The position numbers and the translations under genes were made by a program. DNA of 55,437 nucleotides from Phoronis australis (taxonomy: Eukaryota; Animalia; Phoronida). Shown one piece after another: positions 23,713 through 35,109 of this stretch (positions within the stretch are counted from its first letter, which is position 1; the number at the start of each line of letters is the position of its first letter). The stretch is taken from NCBI GenBank assembly GCA_002633005.1, contig NMRA01000021.1:650084-705520 (forward strand), given 5' to 3'. Below the pieces are notes generated by a model. The model was not told where the DNA came from, did no database searches, and saw only the letters and a program-made list of their open reading frames with translations.

Positions 23713-26700
23713 GTAAGTTGAGTTAATTACTGTTGCCTTCTGAGAGGAAGAGGTAATAATCTTACAATCGATGTCTTTTTCGTATGTTTATAAATGTCCA
23801 AAACGAGTCAGACTCTAAGGTTAGGTATTTATAATATGATATAGTTCTAATTCATTTGAAGGACCCTTCCAATTTGTAGCCGACCGCATTTACCACAATT
23901 CTGCAACTCACATGAAACACCAGGACGCAACACTTCTGCCAATTCTTTTACATTCCCGACACCTTTATAACAACTTATCAAATTAGACTATTAACGTAAA
24001 GTGTTCAGAACGACATAATTTAACTTACACGAGACCATTTCTGCGACACACTGAAAAGGACATTTTTGTTACAGAATTATAGCAAAACGTTTCATCAACT
24101 GTTTAATCACTGAATTTATATCAATCAAAATCCTGACCTAGGAATGGAAAAGTCAATCAAACAATATTTTAGTCATTTGAAACTGAACTAGGTAAAATAT
24201 TATGTAACCATAGGAACATAATTTAGTGAAAATGTCAAAAGTGTAGAAAACAGGACTTTACGTTCGCCAATAAACGTCCTCTCTTACTAATTTTTGTTGG
24301 TGCATTTTTAAACAAAATCATCTGCCCTGAGTAGCAATTCATTGTGCATGACCAATGTTAAACAATGGCGCATATTCGAGATTTGGAAACAAACTTCAGA
24401 GTGACGGCCTTCTAAGTTTCTTGTAGATTAGTTACAAATCCATCTCCTGATATGAAAGTCGAAATGTGTCAAATACGAGACAACATGGAACTATCTTTCC
24501 TTATGAGTAATAATAACAATAATAACAATAACAATAACAATAACAATGATAGGGCAGCCACTGGGCGCACAGCGGAACCATGCCTCCTGTCTAGTGTTAA
24601 AAACGCACTCTCCCCGCCGATCAAAACTTATTTCATTTTTCGTTCATCCTGTTCATTGTCATTGATTTCAATTCAATCCCCGGAAAATCTAAATTTTGAT
24701 TTTAAAAAAAAAATGTGCGTGTTTTTGTGACTTAATGCAGCCTGTAGAAATCATATCTCTGTAACTTCACTGGCTTTAATCTATTCCGACTATGTAACTT
24801 GTACAATTAATCGAATTCAAAAGTCAAATTTCATAGAAATGTGCAAGTTTAAATATGGGGACTTTTAAACTTATAAAATACAATGACTTATGATATCAAA
24901 AAATCAAAAAATTGTCCCCCTAAAGTGATCACAGAAAAGTTTATTACATGAACTGGAATGTGTTACAACACGATTGGTTAATAACACCGAGTACGTAATT
25001 TTTTGATATTACTTGGGCGAATCACAAAGCAGTGCAAAGTAGAAATCCATACTCCTTACACTTTATCGTCTGCAAAACACTAACACCAACACCCAAACAA
25101 TGAACGAATTCCGTGAAGGTATCGCAACTGCACAAAGTCATGTACGTACGCCCACTTGGAAGGACATGCAAACAACTTCTTAAGGGGACCCGTCTTCGCT
25201 GGCGAATTCCATATCCACGTTCATTCAAACGGAGACAAACCTCAACTCAAGAAACCACGCGGTGAGACTGACTAGCTGTGCTGTCTCAAGGTCAGTTCAG
25301 CGCTCACTTGCGGGGAAGCCTTGCTGGCTGTTATTTATAAACATTTGTTAAGTTTTTATGTTACAACTTCGCGTGGGCGACGCCCAGGGGCGCTCGGGAG
25401 ACTCGAACGATCCCCCAATTTAGCGAATCGCGCAAAACGATCCGCCTCAGCGAAACAGAAAGTCCGAGTAAACGAGACAAAAGTCCACCAAGCCCACAGG
25501 AATTCGGCACGGATGCACAATCCGTAGGCCTGGACCTAGTGGTCCCATTTTTTTAGTCCTCGTTGATTTCTTTCAGTAAAAGGTCCGCATACCGAAAAAT
25601 TCGAGCCCCCCTATATGTTAGGCTGGGTGCGCGCATGCTTTAGAAAGTATTTATTAGGTTCTAAGTTTAACGCAGAATAAATGCAATTTACAATTGTTTA
25701 GCTTCAAATAAAACTATTAACAAAAAGTAGCTGGGTTTACTTTGCATTGCGCAAGCATATTTTTACAAAAGTTACGTGGTTTCGTTGGAAGCTTTAGACA
25801 CGTTGAATTTTTCGGTAAAAAGATCGTTTTTACGGTTCATGTGAGAAAACAAATCCTACGCTCGTCTCACACTCGAGTGTAAGATTCTCTATTCATGTGC
25901 CTCCTGTGACCTACGGCCCAAGGCCTACTTGGCCAGATTGTTTACGAAAGTCACGTACAGTGTAACAGCATGCCTGCAAATATCCTGACCACCTCGCTAT
26001 CAACACCGATTATGTGGTAGGTCTTTCATGGGGATTTGTTAGCAATCAAGTAAGGTTGTGTCCAGGCTTAGGTTCTTGTAAGTTTGGCAAGATTACACAC
26101 TAAAATCTTAAAGAAATACCGGCACACGTTAAAGTAAAGCATCTGATCGCACTAGCTTTCACTAAAGAGAAGACTACTTTGGGTTTCGTGAAGTTCCCAT
26201 AGGTACACGCTTGGGGTTGCCGCCAGTACGATCATCCCGCGATATGCAAAGCGAGGTGACCACTGACGTCCGTGGTTACCAGGAGCAGGGCAGTAAGTTT
26301 ATTTCCACCACCGGCTACAGATCTCCGATTGCAGAAAGCCTTCTTTCATTTCAGACCATGGGCCTGTCGCATCGTGTGTAGACTGAACCACAAGGCAGCC
26401 CGGGTCGCATGCATTGCCTGCAAAATCAAGTATGGAAAGAGGGACGAAATTGAACAGAGACAGGTAAATTGTCGCTGATAATACAAATGATATGCGACAG
26501 ATTGTTATTCCGGTGACAAATAAAGCGTATGAATTAACTTCATGTGTCCATAATAAGCAACAGGATCGAGGCGTTGCCCGGTCGGCAATAGGCTAAATAT
26601 TGGTTGTGAGAAACCTGCCACTGTTGATAATATAATGTAATCAATTCAAAGTGGGCTCATCTCATTGTATAGATTGTGAAAGTCCCACTAAAACATATAT

Positions 26701-29700
26701 AAATATATGCCATTAAACTACGCTATCGCTGTCACGACAGTGGAACACAGCGTAACAGCTGGTATCCAGACTTTGGTTAAATATGCTATGTCTCATTAAA
26801 ACCGTTAATATTCAAATTTGTATCAATCGTAAGCTAGTGACTTGCGGGAAAACTGCGTGTACAGTTGCAATCAGGAAAAGAAACAGTTTGTCATTAAACT
26901 GCGGTTTTAAAGAAAACACCAAAACTGCTATACACTTAAGAACAGGTGTTATATCATAGGGTAAAACTTAATAATTTCAAATAGTTCGCACTCGACAGTG
27001 AAATAAACGAATAATAAAATCTGTGCCTTATTTTATTAGGGTAACGATGAAATATTATCATGGCGTTTACATAAAAATAGTCTCGCAGAAAAAACTTTCG
27101 CGAGATTGTAATGGTAAGTGGTTCTCGGATGGTTTCCAGCACACCGGAAGACCGGGGTTGTTTGTAAACTAGAACTTCATTTGCATATTCACAATTTAAT
27201 GGGACATAGCATCTTTAACCCCTTGTGCGTAGGGCCATAAAACTAAAAGTGGAATGACGTCACCGGGTACTACTTGGTGTTGCACTGCATTGCTCGTCAA
27301 TAAGTTCGCTTACAGTGCAACGATTTTGAAAATTCAAAGATAGGCAACAGTTATTATTTACTTTTGAGAAAACTTACAATGGTTATTTGCCTCATTCTTC
27401 TTAAAGTCCTTGTCTCACGCGTTGTTAACCCTTATTACATGGTTAGAAGATGTTATAAGGATCCAAGAAGTACCTACCCCATAACTAATACACGATCCGT
27501 ACTCGAAAACAGTTTAAATGAACGCGCCACTCACGATTCGCACCCGAAGAAACACCGCCATTTTGAACTTGCCGCAAACCCGGAAGTACAATTCATTNNN
27601 NNNNNNNNNNNNNNNNNNNNNNNNNNNNNNNNNNNNNNNNNNNNNNNNNNNNNNNNNNNNNNNNNNNNNNNNNNNNNNNNNNNNNNNNNNNNNNNNNNNN
27701 NNNNNNNNNNNNNNNNNNNNNNNNNNNNNNNNNNNNNNNNNNNNNNNNNNNNNNNNNNNNNNNNNNNNNNNNNNNNNNNNNNNNNNNNNNNNNNNNNNNN
27801 NNNNNNNNNNNNNNNNNNNNNNNNNNNNNNNNNNNNNNNNNNNNNNNNNNNNNNNNNNNNNNNNNNNNNNNNNNNNNNNNNNNNNNNNNNNNNNNNNNNN
27901 NNNNNNNNNNNNNNNNNNNNNNNNNNNNNNNNNNNNNNNNNNNNNNNNNNNNNNNNNNNNNNNNNNNNNNNNNNNNNNNNNNNNNNNNNNNNNNNNNNNN
28001 NNNNNNTAAATCGTGCAGAATAGTAAGTAAAGATATGTCTAACTAAATTTCACCGTAATTTGTTGGCGAAAACAATTTACACAAAGTTTTAAACTCGTAA
28101 CTCATCCCGCTGTCCTCCAATATGGCCGACGCGATCCAAACAAAGTGACCCAAATTTCGCCACAAAACTTGCAATAACTTTACAGTGCTTGCCCCGATTT
28201 TGATACTTTTTCGATTTTTACTGAGTAGAATGTACTACCTTTCCGATGATAGCAAAGTACTTTTTCAAAACGAGGAAAAAAATAAAACCGAAAAAAATTG
28301 GTTCGACCCATATTGGTTCCTAGGTTCGACCGGCCTAGTACGTAAGGAACTAAACACAAATGCTATTTTAACATACTAAGTACGCGTAACATTCCAAAAA
28401 AAAACCACGACCAATAACTACAAACTATAAATACACTACATATGCAAACGAATCACGATATATTACTAATAAAACAAAATAATGAAGACTTTTCGAGCAA
28501 GCCATAGCACATTCAATTACAAGGAAAAAATGGCGGCGTTCAGGACAAGTTCCTGAACTGATGAGCCGGAAATGTGGGTACGGAAATAATCGATGACAAT
28601 CGGTAATCATACGCTCTGAGAGAAGGGTCAAATACTGTTACAAAATCGCTTTTGGCAAGAAAGGCGAAAAGAATATAAAAAAGAGTGTCGAAAATAAGAA
28701 TTTATGTAGTAAGTATTTTCGGATACTGGAACCACATGGGCAGTTTGCAACAAGGACTTTAAAGGCTTGCACAGTTGACTCACGAACAATGTTTAGGAAG
28801 ACGTTATTAACAAGTTTCGTAAAATACACATTCGAACAGCTCGGCTGCTAGCCGCCTTTAGCCAATTATTCTTTGATACACAAACACACCAGTTAAAAGC
28901 AGATGGTAATCTTGTGTTTCAACATTAAACGCATGGTTACAGTGATAACTTACGATTTGCACCGTGATACCGTGTTCGACTAAGGGAATATTCTTTCCTG
29001 ATAGGCGCAGGCACCAGTCACTAAATTGCGTCATGATCAAACTCGGGTATGCCAAATGGAGTTAGGACACTCACTGTATACGTAAATGCCATTGTTTTGA
29101 GCTCAGATCTGAGTTTTGAGTGATTGCCCACCATTAGCGTTTTGATCAAGGAAAACCTATAAAGGGAAAAATCATGTATTTAAGTAACACCATGTAGAGT
29201 TAAATGGCAGCATTCGTGTTCTCTTTAAGTTAAACGAAGCCGATCTCCAGGAAGCTCTGAAGAACGTTCCGGAAGACCAGAGGGAAATGGTGGAGAGGGG
29301 CATAAAGGACCCGGATGCTTTCGGTACAGATATTATTTTAAAGCAGTATCAGGCGATAATGTGTAAACAATTTGTTTCAAACTGTAACTCCAAAGTTTTT
29401 TGTTTAATTGTTTTGAGGACCGGCATCTTTTGGAAACTCAACGCCTTTAGCGGAGATCTTAAGGAGCACAGATGGGCATTCAAAATGAGGGTGGTTTTGT
29501 TGTCTGGAAAGAAGTGGCGATTGCGTTTATTGGTATTAGGGATTTTAAAACCCAGAATTAGTGGCTAAATATTTAACAGCTTTAACGTGTAAAAGGAAAT
29601 AGCTGGGAATTGTTTGCACACCGTACTCAATTTCAATTTTGACGACTGACACGACGGTCAGAGAGTAACGCCAAAGTTACGATAGATTGATTAATCGTAC

Positions 29701-32269
29701 AAAGCTATAACTCAGTAACATGTCTTTGGCTGGTGATGCCAACAGGACTCAATGCTCTTGAGTACGCGGTTACCGTGTCCACAGCACGTCACGCCGTGCA
29801 AGTGCACTCAGTTCTAAAGTTCACTCATAACAGTTAATTAGTGGAATACGACTGATGTGGACCATGATCATGGATCGTCTGCCTTGCGGTCGAGTCCGCC
29901 TCGCTGGTTCCTTGCTTGCCTAGCCAGCGTGCTGGCTACTGACCACCTAGAGGCTCGCAGGGAACCAGCGAGTCAAGTCCGCTAGGCTTTCCTCACAGAG
30001 TGCAATGAAAAATTCCGCATTTTTGCTCGTCTCTGGTGAATTTTCTTTTTTGAAAAGTGAGCAGCTAAAATTACCGCGCCACTCGGTTTTGAAAGCAAAC
30101 ACAGACAAACTAATATGCTTTTTGTCCTACCTGTCGTGTCCAGGTGGGTGTTTTTACTAATGACAAAGACTCCTCGCAGGGGTACATTTTTATCTGGGTT
30201 CTCTATTAAAGATTTCACTTTCAAAGTTTAGCCTATGCTCATTGGCAAAACGACCGTAACTCTGTTCAAGAGTTAAAAGCTGCCTTTAGTAAATCGTCAA
30301 GGAATTTTAATTATTACTAATTTACCAAAATTCGAAAAAGTATTTCCATAGGTGTACTACTTGTATGATAGCACATGTTGGTGTCGGCTTTAAATTTCGT
30401 GTTTAAATCGAATGAAAAGTTATTTGGACTGCGAGTGACGTATGTGTCGCTGTTGCTAATCTTGTTAACTTATCAATAGGTAACAATTCAAACATATGAA
30501 ACTAAAAAAATAAATATGACATAATATTATTTTTGTTTTACAGCCAAGGCCTTGTTAGATAAGGATTTTAATGAACCTGAAGAATTGGAGTCCCGCGGCC
30601 AAGGTATAGTCCGACGTTGCTCAGTGAAACAGTTTCTGAATACTTGATATGGCACATGAAAATTTTACTTGTTAATCTACATGACCCAACGTACTGGCTA
30701 CATTAATTGTAGGCACCAGATGTCCACGTGCAATTGTCCATTAGGCCTATAATCCCACTCTATCCTAATTGGTCGACTAGAATTTGTAAATTTCAAACTG
30801 GAATAGTTCAAGTTGGTGGGGTGAATATTACGTTATCAAAGCTATCAATATTAACCCCATTCATGGCAGGATGGGTGGAAAGGATTACATATCCCCCATC
30901 TAGATTCCAACTAAGATTCCCTAAATGCAGTCCTTGACCAGCAAACACTAAGCCCGCGGTGCAAAATCCCAGACCAACGACCTTACTAAGCTCCACACAA
31001 AAATGCTCCAATGGTGGAACATTTTGTGTTGATCTTAGGGGCTACCAACCTCCTGACCTGAACTCAAGGGCTTGACTGGTCGTTTGGTCCCTCGGAGTTT
31101 TTGTCACCGGAGCGTCTTCTGCGCGTTTACAGAGTATAGGGGCGCGGGTATAGAATTTAGTACCGCGAGTTTGGCGTTTGCTGGTCAGCGACTTCATTTA
31201 GGGGATCGCAAATGGAATAGGAGGACGTGCTATAGAATCGTTTCCAATCCCTGCATTTGACACATGGTTTTAACGGGTGTAATTAGAAGATATAACTCGC
31301 ATTGGACACGGAGGGTTACACCTTGGAACATGAACCGAAAGAATGGTTTTTAAAGATGACGATTAGTTTGGTTTCAACAGACCTTCTATAACAACGAATC
31401 GAAATTGAAGTTTTCTGGCGTAGAATTCCTATTACCATCCTGCTGATATAGTTCCATGGAGACAAATGAATTCAAATAAAACAATAAGGTGTTGGTGCAT
31501 CCTGTTGATTTCAACCAATCCTCGTTCTGTTCTCTGCTAATGCACGTTTCACTTCTCACTTGAGCGATAAAAGCGGGATTCAACGGAAAACACTCTGTCA
31601 CACAATAGAGGGAGCCATGGTTGTTGGTGGGTGGTCTATCGCAGCAGTTTTCGAGTACTCCGCCTGAAACGTGGGTTTCACTTGCCCGGTTAGCAGACTT
31701 CATAAGGACTAAGATTTCAAAAATTCTTTTCTCTTTTGAGGGTTCACAAGGGCTACAGAACTTTAGTTTGGCTCAGAGAGCTGGATGGGAAAGTCGTCTG
31801 AATAGGCCGCAACCGCACTTAGTATCCTTGAACTTCATTTTGTTCCTTCGAACAACTGTGTATAATTTTGACTTGTTGCTTGCGCTAACTAAATTTTGCT
31901 CAAATAGTGCTTTCCTCGGTATTTTAACAAACAAAGACAGGAAAATAACAGAGAAGCGTGCCAGTGGCGGATTTAGAGGGGGCCAAGGGGCCCATGGCCT
32001 CCCCTAAAATTCTTCCAGATTCCATCTGGCATTTCTTGGGTGCGAATGTCTGACGGGCAAAATCCTGGCTAGTACTCTGCCCTGGCCTCCTAACTCAAAA
32101 TCCTGGATACACCCCTGAGTGCTGCAAGGAGTTTTAATCTACGCGCCATATTTTCTTAATAATGAGCTGTTGTTCACGATTTTGACAATTTAATGTTTCA
32201 GAGGATAACCTGGACGACGTACCGGACGATCTGATGAAAGAAATGTTGAAAAACGAGGACATTTACTAA
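23609..32269 (+). CDS. Putative cationic Cys-containing antimicrobial/host-defence peptide precursor, copy 1 (144 aa); join(23609..23712,26355..26463,29230..29323,30544..30603,32202..32269)
   Basis: All introns GT-AG with matching phases (2,0,1,1); 435 nt ending in TAA. MNKVLVACLLVSVLSAMVVENEA|WWIRRRFIRKIIPWACRIVCRLNHKAARVACIACKIKY|GKR|DEIEQRQLNEADLQEALKNVPEDQREMVERGIKDPDAFAKALLDKDFNEPEELESRGQEDNLDDVPDDLMKEMLKNEDIY. Exons are conserved without indels in the paralog while introns diverge. Confidence 0.88.
24508..24548. repeat. (AAT/AAC)n microsatellite in an intron
   Basis: Seen directly. Confidence 0.9.
24945..25891 (+). mobile_element. Intronic copy of the 17295-18090 repeat, with a nested MITE
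   Basis: Reverse-complement similarity to 17295-18090; the hairpin is collapsed to AATCCTACGCTCGTCTCACACTCGAGTGTAAGATT. Confidence 0.75.
25371..25637 (-). mobile_element. GC-rich MITE of about 265 bp, present only in unit 1 at this site; same family as 49024-49287
   Basis: Absent from the paralogous site near 44344; end GGCTGGGTGCGCGCATG is the reverse complement of the 49024 start CATGCACGCACCCAGCC (one mismatch). Confidence 0.75.
26355..26463 (+). CDS. Peptide gene 1, coding exon 2 (Cys core + GKR site)
   Basis: Acceptor TTCTTTCATTTCAG; donor CAG|GTAAAT; encodes PWACRIVCRLNHKAARVACIACKIKYGKRDEIEQRQ. Confidence 0.88.
26713..28798. mobile_element. About 2.1 kb of unit-1-specific intronic sequence (probable transposon insertion, includes an assembly gap)
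   Basis: Unit 2 joins TATGCCAT directly to AGACGT(A/T)ATTAA near 45410. Weak TTAA-CCC type inverted ends at about 27215 and 28352. Confidence 0.5.
29230..29323 (+). CDS. Peptide gene 1, coding exon 3 (acidic propiece)
   Basis: Acceptor TTCTCTTTAAG; donor G|GTACAG; LNEADLQEALKNVPEDQREMVERGIKDPDAF. Confidence 0.82.
30544..30603 (+). CDS. Peptide gene 1, coding exon 4 (acidic propiece)
   Basis: Acceptor TTTTTGTTTTACAG; donor AAG|GTATAG; AKALLDKDFNEPEELESRGQ. Confidence 0.82.
30895..31225. repeat. Imperfect foldback (old MITE) in the last coding intron; paralog about 47045-47375
   Basis: ATTCCAACTAAGATTCCCTAAATGCAGTCCTTGACCAGCAAACACTAAGCCCGCGGT pairs with ACCGCGAGTTTGGCGTTTGCTGGTCAGCGACTTCATTTAGGGGATCGCAAATGGAAT. 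Confidence 0.65.
31962..32117. mobile_element. 156-bp MITE specific to unit 1
   Basis: Ends CAGTGGCGGATT..GGATACACCCCTG, flanked by CGTGC/AGTGC; empty site AATCGTGCTG near 48590. Confidence 0.75.
32202..32269 (+). CDS. Peptide gene 1, coding exon 5 (end of propiece, stop)
   Basis: Acceptor AATGTTTCAG; EDNLDDVPDDLMKEMLKNEDIY-TAA. Confidence 0.82.
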
Positions 32270-32932
32270 GCAGTGGTAGGCATTCGTAACATTATTTTTC
32301 AGCTGTTTGTGTTTTTGTAAAATAAAACGTAGACTAGAAAAGCATGGTGGATTGTGGTGTGTTTTCTTTACGAAAAGAAAATACATCTGAGATGAGCAAA
32401 ATTATGTCTGATTTTCTTTGCTTGGCTAATGGCGGAGTTTCAATTCTTGATTACGTGCCTTTGTGCATATAAAGAACACTAGACCTTGACTGAAATTGAT
32501 GCTTGCGGACGTTTTTGGGGAGTGAGCGCAGGTTTTAAAGTGAGTCGGGGTACATACATGTACATGTACTAGTGCAAATTATACTTTTGCTTCATTGCTT
32601 ATGTAGTATATTTATCTGTGTAATTATGTATACGGATTTTTTTCATCTAAATAACTTTCTGATGCAACGTAGACTTAGTTGCACTTACGAATATAAGAAA
32701 TGCCAATGAGCAACAAAAGCGTGACCAGCAGTACTAGCACTGTTCCCAATGTGATTTCTATTGTCGATATTAAGTGAGAAGACGTATTCCTTCAAACAGA
32801 TGTTCAACACTTACGCTATTGCAAAATGAATGTATGAAATTTTGGTCAAATGAAACTTGGCTTGAATGTGTAACGTGCAATATATTGACGTCGAACTCTT
32901 CTAATTCCTCCACTCCTTCGCTTACTTTTCAG

Positions 32933-33080
32933 TGTCGGTGAATGACTGCCTCCGAATAAGGACGTTACGACAGAAACCAGATGTTCCTATTTAAATTTGC
33001 TTAGATTTGCTTCCTATGTTCTGTGTAGATCTACATGTATTCTAACAGTGTACCAATAAATCACACTACGAATGCAAAAA
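32933..33080 (+). other. Putative 3' UTR exon with poly(A) signal of peptide gene 1
   Basis: Donor GTG|GTAGGC 6 nt after the stop (32276); acceptor TACTTTTCAG; AATAAA at 33055-33060; conservation with unit 2 rises sharply at the acceptor. Confidence 0.6.
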
Positions 33081-35109
33081 TGGGTTTTCATCAGCTGCAA
33101 GGAACATCCGTTCTTGTCAAAATACGACACGAGTCACTGAACATTTTATGGGTCCTTAACGCTGTTTTTCTGTCCCTATATTCCCCCGTCTTTACGTTCC
33201 CCGATGTTCCCTCGTCCCTATGTTCCCCCAGGTCAATGTAACCTCCCTCCTTAGTTTCCCTGATCTCATGCCCCCCGTCCCGATGTCCCCCTTTCCCATC
33301 CCTACACATAATTCCTATGTTTTAAGTTAATATTTAAGGTGATTGTCTATGAATCATAAACGAAATATATTTCAAACGTCTCACTTACAACACACAAGCA
33401 CAAACATACGACATATAATACTTTTTCCCTGAAAGTTAACTGTTTTTCGTTATGGTGAGTTCACAGATTACGTCATCCAAAATTTGGCACTTTTTACCAG
33501 CCCCCCTCGGCCTGGTCTGTCATCATGATATTATTCAACCCCGTCCTGCATCTAATTACGCCATCGGAAACCATATAATAAAATCAAACGCCAAAAGTCA
33601 TTGTGACGTAACTCATTGATATTTGTTGTGCCTATTGTCCATACTCGAGGTCCCGGTGCCTTCTGAAATGGTACATCTAAAGGGAATTTTCAGACTGCAG
33701 CCAAAACTGACAGCACTGAGTCTCAACTCTGACAATTCTTCATATTGCATAGTTATGAGCACATGTTAATAACATGATAAATATTAAAAGTGTGTGTGTC
33801 CCTAATCGGAACATTTTCTGAATAAAAGCCTATGGACGTAATTTGGGATTAACAATAAAAACATACTGCTGATGACGTCATCAAGGTAATGCCAGTGAAA
33901 CACGTTTCACTGACGGTGTCGTTGGTAATATCAACATTCCTAACTCCACACTTTTGTTCCATGTCCGTCGCACACAGGCAGCTATTTCGTTTCAGAAAGT
34001 GTGTGCTCTTGGGCTTAGGTACTAGAAAGGTAAAATACTGATGTCATTTCCAAATATAAGTGCGCCCTGTGACCTACTGTCATAAATTGCTGGTGTCAAT
34101 GTGTTCCGAGGAAAGTAGTCTTACACAGTGCCATTAAAGAGGCATATCCTTTTTGGTCACTATAATGATGCAAAAACACAAATCATATGTTGATACTTTA
34201 CATGACACAAATTGATTTCCAACCCCAAAACAAGTGAAAAGAATGTCAAAAACCATCTCTTTTGACGGGTTGGCCAACCCATACAAAATAGTGCCGTTCC
34301 ATGTCCGAATGACACGCCACACTTCGAGTCTTTTTGACTTTAGAAAGTAATCACTTTACGGTAAGGAAAACTGTGAGCTGATTTCGTGATTTCGACATGA
34401 AAGTCTCAAAATTATTAGAGATGAGCTTTCAAGGATATTAAATGTAGGCTCGACCACAAGGCGGCTCACAAACTGCAAAACAACGTGCGAAAATCGAGGA
34501 CATTACGCAAAAAAGACAAATCGTGGTTTGGCAACGAATGATTTAAATCAATTTTTTCGAGTAAAGGAAGCAGGAGTGATGAAGCCCAGTTATTAAAAAC
34601 CTCAACGGTCACGTGGCATTGATTTAGGTGATCGAGATTACAAAGTAATATCATGCTTTTTCGACTGAAAATGCCCCATGTGGTAACAGAAGGAAATAAC
34701 TCTGACCGAATATACGTAAGATACTACACGCTCACTGGAGATGACCAGCAAAGTGAAATGATTAACAGGAATTGATTTGATTGGTCAGAGTAATACAGAT
34801 TCATTCCAATGAACAGTCATAATAATTATAAAGGTTATGAAAATTGGGCACAGTGTAGCCTCTGTAATAATGTAGAGCGTCACCTCTGGAGGAGCTTAGC
34901 CTTGTGACTGTCTACCGATTCCAGGGAAAATATTCTTCCGACACGCAAAAATCGGTGTGTAGACATCAGTGTGCCTACCTTTGTTTGGATGTTTGTCGTA
35001 AACAAGTAGTCCAGGAATGAGCTGGAAAAGTGTAAATCGTTTTTATGACTAGCCCACATATACATATTTGGACCCATTCAGCAGTTCAGTATTCAATGAA
35101 CGCCAAAGT

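Larger units (their letters stand above)
19790..35000 (+). repeat. Tandem segmental duplication, unit 1 (about 15.2 kb)
   Basis: Colinear similarity to 38504-52078 from AAGACCGAG..GGCTAAGAGACCTGACTC to ACACGCAAAA..TTGGATGTTTGTC, with copy-specific insertions. Confidence 0.92.

Noticed and set aside
26272-26478. 68-aa stand-alone ORF in the track
   Set aside because: Starts at GTG in intron sequence; only 26355-26463 is exon, bounded by a clear acceptor and donor.
27364-28023. Long ORFs spanning N runs (also 52599-53594 and 10112-10595)
   Set aside because: Their length comes from gap characters, not coding sequence.
30544-30558. Apparent premature stop (CCA AGG CCT TGT TAG) if exon 2 were spliced directly to the 30544 exon
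   Set aside because: The intervening 94-nt exon at 29230-29323 restores phase; the correct frame is open in both paralogs.
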